The position numbers and the translations under genes were made by a program. DNA of 64,000 bases from an uncultured virus (IMG/VR IMGVR_UViG_3300043438_001900) (Duplodnaviria; Heunggongvirae; Uroviricota; Caudoviricetes), in IMG/VR virus record IMGVR_UViG_3300043438_001900, one strand, 5' to 3'. Below are positions 58,794 to 64,000 of this stretch, one piece after another (the first letter of the stretch is position 1; every line of letters begins with the position of its first letter). Below the pieces are notes generated by a model. It did no database searches. It was not told the DNA's origin and saw only the letters and a program-made list of their open reading frames with translations.

Positions 58794-58954
58794 ATAATTC
58801 ATTCTTTATGAATACGGAGAATATTTTCCACTAAAACCCCATTTTCGGTGATTATTTTCCATTATAAAAAAATATTTTAAAAAAATTTACAAAAACACTT
58901 GTTTTTTAAAATATATTATGTACCTTTGTATTACAACAATTAATTACGACATTT

Positions 58955-61027
58955 ATGACGACAAGAAATTTAGTTTCCTTTCAGAAGGGTTTGGTATGTT
59001 CACCAAACGACGGTCAAGATAATAGAATCGCAGTGGCGACCGTTCAATCTCACTTAATGGAGTGGGGTTATATGTTAGACGAAGATGCATTCTTCGCATT
59101 ATCCAAATCAGATTTATCGTTCATAGAGAACTTCAACAACGAAGTCGTTACACATTTGAAAAATGTAATGGGAGGTAATCGTAATTACCAACCTTTATAT
59201 AAAAACTTCCCACAAGAAGTTATGTCAATGTCTGATTTCGAATTGTATATTAATGCAATTACCCACTATTGGAGTAACGGTACTTGGGAACCATCTACCC
59301 ATACTTTTGAAAAAGAAATCAAGTTTGAGAAAATCAAATACAACTTGATTAAGTATGGCACATCGGAAAGATTTTCACAAATCTTCACTGATTTGGTTTC
59401 AATTAATACATCATTGACACCTCAAGACCTTGAGATTGTTAAATGGTTCGTTAACAGTGGTGAAACATTAGTATTCCCTAATACAATTCCATTCAAAGAG
59501 AATTTGTGTACATTGGCGGCAATGGGAATTGAGGGATTACCAGTTAAGACATCAACTGACGTGTTAAGAATCGCCGTTCATCTTTCAGGTGGAGACATCA
59601 GTTTACCTAAAGTTCCTGAAAAGGAAATTAGATTAAACAGATGGTCATCTGCAAAGGGTGAGAACCCTGAAAGAGAAAAGTTTAAATTCAAGAAGTTCAC
59701 TCGTAAAGAGAGACGTTACATCTTGGGTTTACTTGAGAACACAAACTGTGACCCACGTGAAATGGTTTTAAAAGACCAACGTTGGATTCGTTTAGGTGAA
59801 ATATTACATCCAGGTGAATATAAAAATCAATTCCCAAAATCTTTTGATGCATTCAATAAGATTAGAAACGAGAAAGTAAAATCTTGGTTCTCACTTGTTA
59901 ATGAAGGTTTCAATAAAGGTCTTGAGAATGGTTTGAGAGTATTGTCTCAAAAACCCGGTGAATTCGCAAGAAGAATCGATTGGTTGGTTCGTACATATCC
60001 AAAAGATATCGAAGTAATCATGACACACTTCAGCGAAACGGTAAAAGGTACATCGAACAAAGTATTGTTTGAAGTTTACGCTCACTTTGAAAATCGTACT
60101 GAACCTATGGATAATAGGTCCGTTATGATAAAGGGGTCAAGAAAACGTACCATGTTACCATCACTACCAGCAATCCCTAAAGAGATTGTGGAAACCATCC
60201 ACTCTAAATTATTTGAAACACTTAGAGATAAGTTTTCAGTAATGGATTCTTTGGGTAACTGTTGGATTGATGAGGAATTGAAAAAGATTCCTTTACCAAC
60301 CAACATGAGAAGTATGAACTTTTCAACTAAACCAACAATCAGAGGTCAAAGAGTTCCACTCGATAACCCTGATGCAAAAGTTATCAGACCTTTCATTCAT
60401 TGGATGGATAAACATGGTAGTGAAGATTTGGATTTAAGTGTTACGTTTGTTGGTGAAAAAGTGTCAGATGTATTATCTTTCAGTAACTTGAGAGTTGGTG
60501 AATCTGTTCACTCGGGGGACGTGAGACACAGACAGGGTCCTTGTGCTGAGTACATCGACATTGATATGGAAGATGCATTGAACCGTGGATACAAATATGT
60601 AGTCATTGACGTGAGAAACTTCAATGGTGGTAGTTTGAATTCACTTGAAACATCTTTTGGTATCATGGAGAGAGAACACCCCGAATCAAATAAAACATGG
60701 TTACCTGAGACAATTTCAAATTGTCAATCATTGGGGTCAACGTCGTCAAACACTTTGATTTCAATCATTGACCTTGAAACCAAGGAGTATATCATGTTGG
60801 ATATAGATTCAGAAGGTTTTGTAACCGCAAGAAGTGACTTCAAAAACACCCTTAAAGTAATTCAACAATACGCTGAGTTACCAAAAGTAAGTGTTTACGA
60901 CCTTATTCTTCTACACGTAGAAGGAAGAGGTAAACAAGTTACCCTTGACGAGAATGTGGATACACATTTTAAGTACGAGGACTTCTGTTACTCTTATGAA
61001 GAGACAGGAAAATTGATGGGTGTGTAA
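58955..61027 (+). CDS. Large helical protein with C-terminal TerD-like domain (possible Ro60/TROVE-like RNA binder)
   Basis: 690 aa; DLDLSV, HSGDV, AEYIDID are TerD-like; N-terminal PLYKNFP, TDVLR, RLGEILHPGEY, PGEFARRIDWL. TROVE-likeness is inferred. Confidence 0.65.
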   Translation: MTTRNLVSFQKGLVCSPNDGQDNRIAVATVQSHLMEWGYMLDEDAFFALSKSDLSFIENFNNEVVTHLKNVMGGNRNYQPLYKNFPQEVMSMSDFELYINAITHYWSNGTWEPSTHTFEKEIKFEKIKYNLIKYGTSERFSQIFTDLVSINTSLTPQDLEIVKWFVNSGETLVFPNTIPFKENLCTLAAMGIEGLPVKTSTDVLRIAVHLSGGDISLPKVPEKEIRLNRWSSAKGENPEREKFKFKKFTRKERRYILGLLENTNCDPREMVLKDQRWIRLGEILHPGEYKNQFPKSFDAFNKIRNEKVKSWFSLVNEGFNKGLENGLRVLSQKPGEFARRIDWLVRTYPKDIEVIMTHFSETVKGTSNKVLFEVYAHFENRTEPMDNRSVMIKGSRKRTMLPSLPAIPKEIVETIHSKLFETLRDKFSVMDSLGNCWIDEELKKIPLPTNMRSMNFSTKPTIRGQRVPLDNPDAKVIRPFIHWMDKHGSEDLDLSVTFVGEKVSDVLSFSNLRVGESVHSGDVRHRQGPCAEYIDIDMEDALNRGYKYVVIDVRNFNGGSLNSLETSFGIMEREHPESNKTWLPETISNCQSLGSTSSNTLISIIDLETKEYIMLDIDSEGFVTARSDFKNTLKVIQQYAELPKVSVYDLILLHVEGRGKQVTLDENVDTHFKYEDFCYSYEETGKLMGV

Positions 61028-61054
61028 ATCACCTGTCAGTTCTTTGAAATATTA

Positions 61055-61366
61055 ATGTGGCTATGTGAGTCACTGAGAGGATAACCTTTACCTATTATAG
61101 GTGACCACGTAGTGGTACTATCTTAGGTCTTAGAGAAGGTGAAAGTATCGGTGCAAATGTCTTACTTCTAACATACAAAAATCAGATACAACGTTAGACA
61201 CACAATTCTCCACATAAACTTATTGACGGCTATGTACCGGGTTACTTCTACAAAACAATTGGATGTTAAACCACCCGTACTCTTTCCGTCTACCTTATTA
61301 CCGGCTATGAGTGTAGTTACTTCTAAACCTATCTAAATGAAAAAACCACTCGTTCAATTTCCGGTA
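61055..61366 (+). ncRNA. Array of three related hairpin RNAs (GGCTATG...TTACTTCTA)
   Basis: Units 61055-61215, 61225-61290, 61299-61366 share two motifs and have covarying stems. Confidence 0.75.
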
Positions 61367-61405
61367 TATTTTATTAACAATAACAATAATTTAAAAACAA
61401 CAATT

Positions 61406-61855
61406 ATGACAACATCAAAAACAACAGATGAAAAAGTAAAAGAACTATTCGACTTAGTTCAATCAAAAAAATTAGCAATTGAAAAGGCTGAAAGACCTTG
61501 CTGGAAAACAAGTGGTAATTTCGGTTACTCAGCAAATTCAGCACATGACAGAACGTCTATCCCAACGGTAACAGACACTCGTAAAATCGTTGAAATGTTC
61601 GCATTTCTAATCGATAGAAAAGATAAATCTGAATCTGCAGCAAAAGAACTTGGTGTGGACTATAATTTTACTTGGTTAGGATTCGGTGTTGATGAGTGGA
61701 AAGAAGATTTTCAAACTCGTGTAAACCAAATCTCAGTCCAAGAAAAACGTAAGGAACTTGCCGAATTAGAATCTCGTTTGAATGCAATTATCTCACCTGA
61801 GTTAAAGGCACAAATGGAACTTGAGGCAATCGCCAAACTTTTAGAGAATAACTAA
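61406..61855 (+). CDS. Hypothetical protein
   Basis: Likely start MTTSKTT at 61406 (the longer ORF overlaps RNA unit 3). Confidence 0.7.
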   Translation: MTTSKTTDEKVKELFDLVQSKKLAIEKAERPCWKTSGNFGYSANSAHDRTSIPTVTDTRKIVEMFAFLIDRKDKSESAAKELGVDYNFTWLGFGVDEWKEDFQTRVNQISVQEKRKELAELESRLNAIISPELKAQMELEAIAKLLENN

Positions 61856-61976
61856 AAGTGTTTTTCTTAGTTTAGTAAAACTAAGTGGTGGAGTCGACTT
61901 CGGTCAGCACCCGAAAGGGGGGTTGGATTTGTCTAACCTCCTTTTTTTTATCAAATATTTTTTATATCTTTATATC

Positions 61977-62735
61977 ATGAGAATTGTATGTATATCGGAT
62001 ACTCACGGACTCCATAAAAAAATGGAGTTTTTTAACCCATTACCTGAAGGTGATATTTTAATTCACGCGGGTGACTGTACCAATGTTGGTAAACCTCATG
62101 AGGTTAAAGAATTTGTTGAGTGGTTTCAAAACGTAAAAGGATTTGAAACAAAAATCTTTATTGCGGGAAACCATGATTGGTCATTCCAAAAAGTTAATGA
62201 ACCCCACCACTCAGGTGATTATGATTGGTTCCGTCATTTAATCAATGAAGAGAATCTATCCCAATCTGATGTGACATATTTAGAGGACACCAATTTTACA
62301 ATTGAAAGTTCAGAGTTTTCAAAACCAATAAAAATCCACGGTAGTCCATGGCAACCTAATTTTTATGATTGGGCATTTAACCTACCAAGATTGGGTGATG
62401 AGATTAAAAGTAAATGGGATATGATTCCCGATGATACCGATATTTTAATCACACACGGTCCACCACATGAAATCAGAGATTTTGTCAGTAATTGGAGACA
62501 AGGTGATAGGAACGTTGGGTGTGAATTATTGAGGTATGAATTGGATAATAGAATCAATCCACTAATACATGTGTTTGGACATATCCACGGTGCATACGGT
62601 GCCACATACATTAAAGATACTCTTTATGTGAACGCATCAACCTGCACAGAAGGATACGTACCATCAAATAAACCAATCGTTATTGACGTAACAGAGAATG
62701 ACGGTAAATTAATCGCAACGTATGTCGAAATATAA
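61977..62735 (+). CDS. Calcineurin-like metallophosphoesterase
   Basis: SDTH, HAGD, AGNHD, THGPP, FGHIH; start MRIVC at 61977. Confidence 0.92.
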   Translation: MRIVCISDTHGLHKKMEFFNPLPEGDILIHAGDCTNVGKPHEVKEFVEWFQNVKGFETKIFIAGNHDWSFQKVNEPHHSGDYDWFRHLINEENLSQSDVTYLEDTNFTIESSEFSKPIKIHGSPWQPNFYDWAFNLPRLGDEIKSKWDMIPDDTDILITHGPPHEIRDFVSNWRQGDRNVGCELLRYELDNRINPLIHVFGHIHGAYGATYIKDTLYVNASTCTEGYVPSNKPIVIDVTENDGKLIATYVEI

Positions 62736-63399
62736 TGAACCGATAACAGTAGTAATCTCAACAAGAAAAATTGATGAGAACTATGTTAAACAAACAAAGA
62801 AGAGTTTTTCTCACCCAAAGACACAGGTATTAATTTACGAAAATAATGGTGAATTCTCACTACCTCAACTTTATAATAAAGGTTTGGATGAATCGGTAAA
62901 CGATGTTGTGGTTTTCATGCATGATGACATTGATATTGAAACTACCGGTGTAACCAATAAACTTTTAAGACTTTTTGATACACATCCCGAACATGGAATT
63001 ATTGGACTTGCGGGTACTGATGATTTGGTGAGTGGTATGTGGTGGCAAAAAAGAGAAAGGATGTATGGACAGGTTAAACACGAACATCTTGGTAAGGTAC
63101 ATCGTAATAACTATTCTGGAACGTTTGGAGACGGTTTAAAGGATGTTGTGATTGTCGATGGGTTATTTATCGCAGTACACAAGAAAAGGATTGTGGAGAG
63201 GTTTGATGAGGAGTTTCCGGGGTTTCACTTCTATGACACACCATTCTGTGTTTTAAACCACTTAAAAGGGGTTAAAATAGGTGTTACAACTAAAATATTG
63301 GTTGTACATAAGTCAGTTGGTGCGGTAGATAAGAAATGGGAAAAGAATAGGTTATTCTTCGAGGCAAAGTATGGTCACAATCTACCCTTGACTATTTAA
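62722..63399 (+). CDS. GT-A fold glycosyltransferase-like protein
   Basis: YNKGL, VFMHDD, GIIGLAG, VDGLFIA, GFHFYD. Confidence 0.8.
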   Translation: MSKYNEPITVVISTRKIDENYVKQTKKSFSHPKTQVLIYENNGEFSLPQLYNKGLDESVNDVVVFMHDDIDIETTGVTNKLLRLFDTHPEHGIIGLAGTDDLVSGMWWQKRERMYGQVKHEHLGKVHRNNYSGTFGDGLKDVVIVDGLFIAVHKKRIVERFDEEFPGFHFYDTPFCVLNHLKGVKIGVTTKILVVHKSVGAVDKKWEKNRLFFEAKYGHNLPLTI

Positions 63400-63443
63400 T
63401 GTATCTGACGTATATTTTATTATATTTATAAAAAAAACCACTT

Positions 63444-63680
63444 ATGAAGAAATTAATTGAAATCGTAAAACAATTCTTAGGTCTTGGAAAAACAGCAAAG
63501 GCCATAACCACAGTAACTCAACTAAACAACGAGGTTAAAGAAGCAATCGTTGAAGTTAAGGAAAAGGTAGAAGAAGTAAAAAAGAAAACAAGATATTATT
63601 CTAAACCAAAATCAAAACCATCTGTAGAAACTACTACAGAAAAAAAATCAAAAAAACCGAACAAACCTAAACAACAATAA
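63444..63680 (+). CDS. Small basic protein
   Basis: 78-aa ORF; TATTTAT upstream. Confidence 0.55.
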   Translation: MKKLIEIVKQFLGLGKTAKAITTVTQLNNEVKEAIVEVKEKVEEVKKKTRYYSKPKSKPSVETTTEKKSKKPNKPKQQ

Positions 63681-63715
63681 AAAAGTTTACTTACCTTTGT
63701 ATCGTAATATACAAT

Positions 63716-64000
63716 GGGGATGAATGGAATTGATTGGCGTTGGTATTGTACGTGGGCACGTAGTCGGATGTCATCTACGACTTAAATAAATGGTGGTAAC
63801 AATTAGACGGCAACGTTTACAACAACATGGAAGTAGCTGGTTTACTAGCAACTTCTAAGGTGGCAGCCTAACCGCTCCCACTGGACGGGTCGATGGACAT
63901 ATAACCTTGGAACAGAAGTCCTCACGGTGTGGTACCTACCCAAAAAGGTACAAATGGTCTCGTTCAGAGTGCTACCATAAAAAAAGTGAACTCGACACAG
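63716..64000 (+). ncRNA. ssrA: tmRNA (3' end beyond the window)
   Basis: 5' GGGGATGAATGGAATTGA; internal tag ORF 63809-63871 GNVYNNMEVAGLLATSKVAA*; TACCTTTG promoter box upstream; smpB nearby. Confidence 0.85.

Noticed and set aside
61070..61146. Hammerhead ribozyme (CTGA...GAAA) in the unit-1 insertion
   Set aside because: Core reads CTGAGAG rather than CUGANGA, and I could not place the three stems and cleavage triplet convincingly.
61055..61366. Hairpin array as CRISPR or TIGR array
   Set aside because: Conserved parts are only 7-9 nt inside covarying stems, units are irregular, and no cas or Nop-domain gene is visible in the window.
1..64000. Bacterial chromosome or prophage origin (ClpC, SmpB, rpsU, tRNAs)
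   Set aside because: Host-like genes are interleaved with a T4-like head module and phage hypotheticals; no integrase, rRNA or housekeeping operons seen.

Overview
64 kb of a large (jumbo/huge) T4-like tailed phage genome, standard genetic code, probably infecting Bacteroidota (TAnnTTTG promoter boxes, a T9SS C-terminal sorting domain, bS21 beside the head genes). Left to right it carries: a truncated PT-linker/LamG fibre-like gene; glycosyltransferases, dUTPase, PhoH and a gp55-like sigma factor; virion genes; the head module (capsid, scaffold, protease, bS21, portal, terminase); a Clp ATPase; an RNA-repair trio; a secreted/surface-protein cluster; 24 tRNAs covering all 20 amino acids plus a tRNA-like RNA; SmpB; a TerD-type protein followed by a hairpin-RNA array; and a tmRNA running off the right edge. 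Main finding: the tRNAs form two blocks, each preceded by a short leader ORF plus an antiterminator/terminator switch. The codons of each leader match the anticodons of the tRNAs in its own block, down to isoacceptor level. This suggests a multiplex tRNA-shortage-sensing attenuator that turns on replacement tRNAs. All assignments come from reading the sequence by eye; no searches or folding programs were run.
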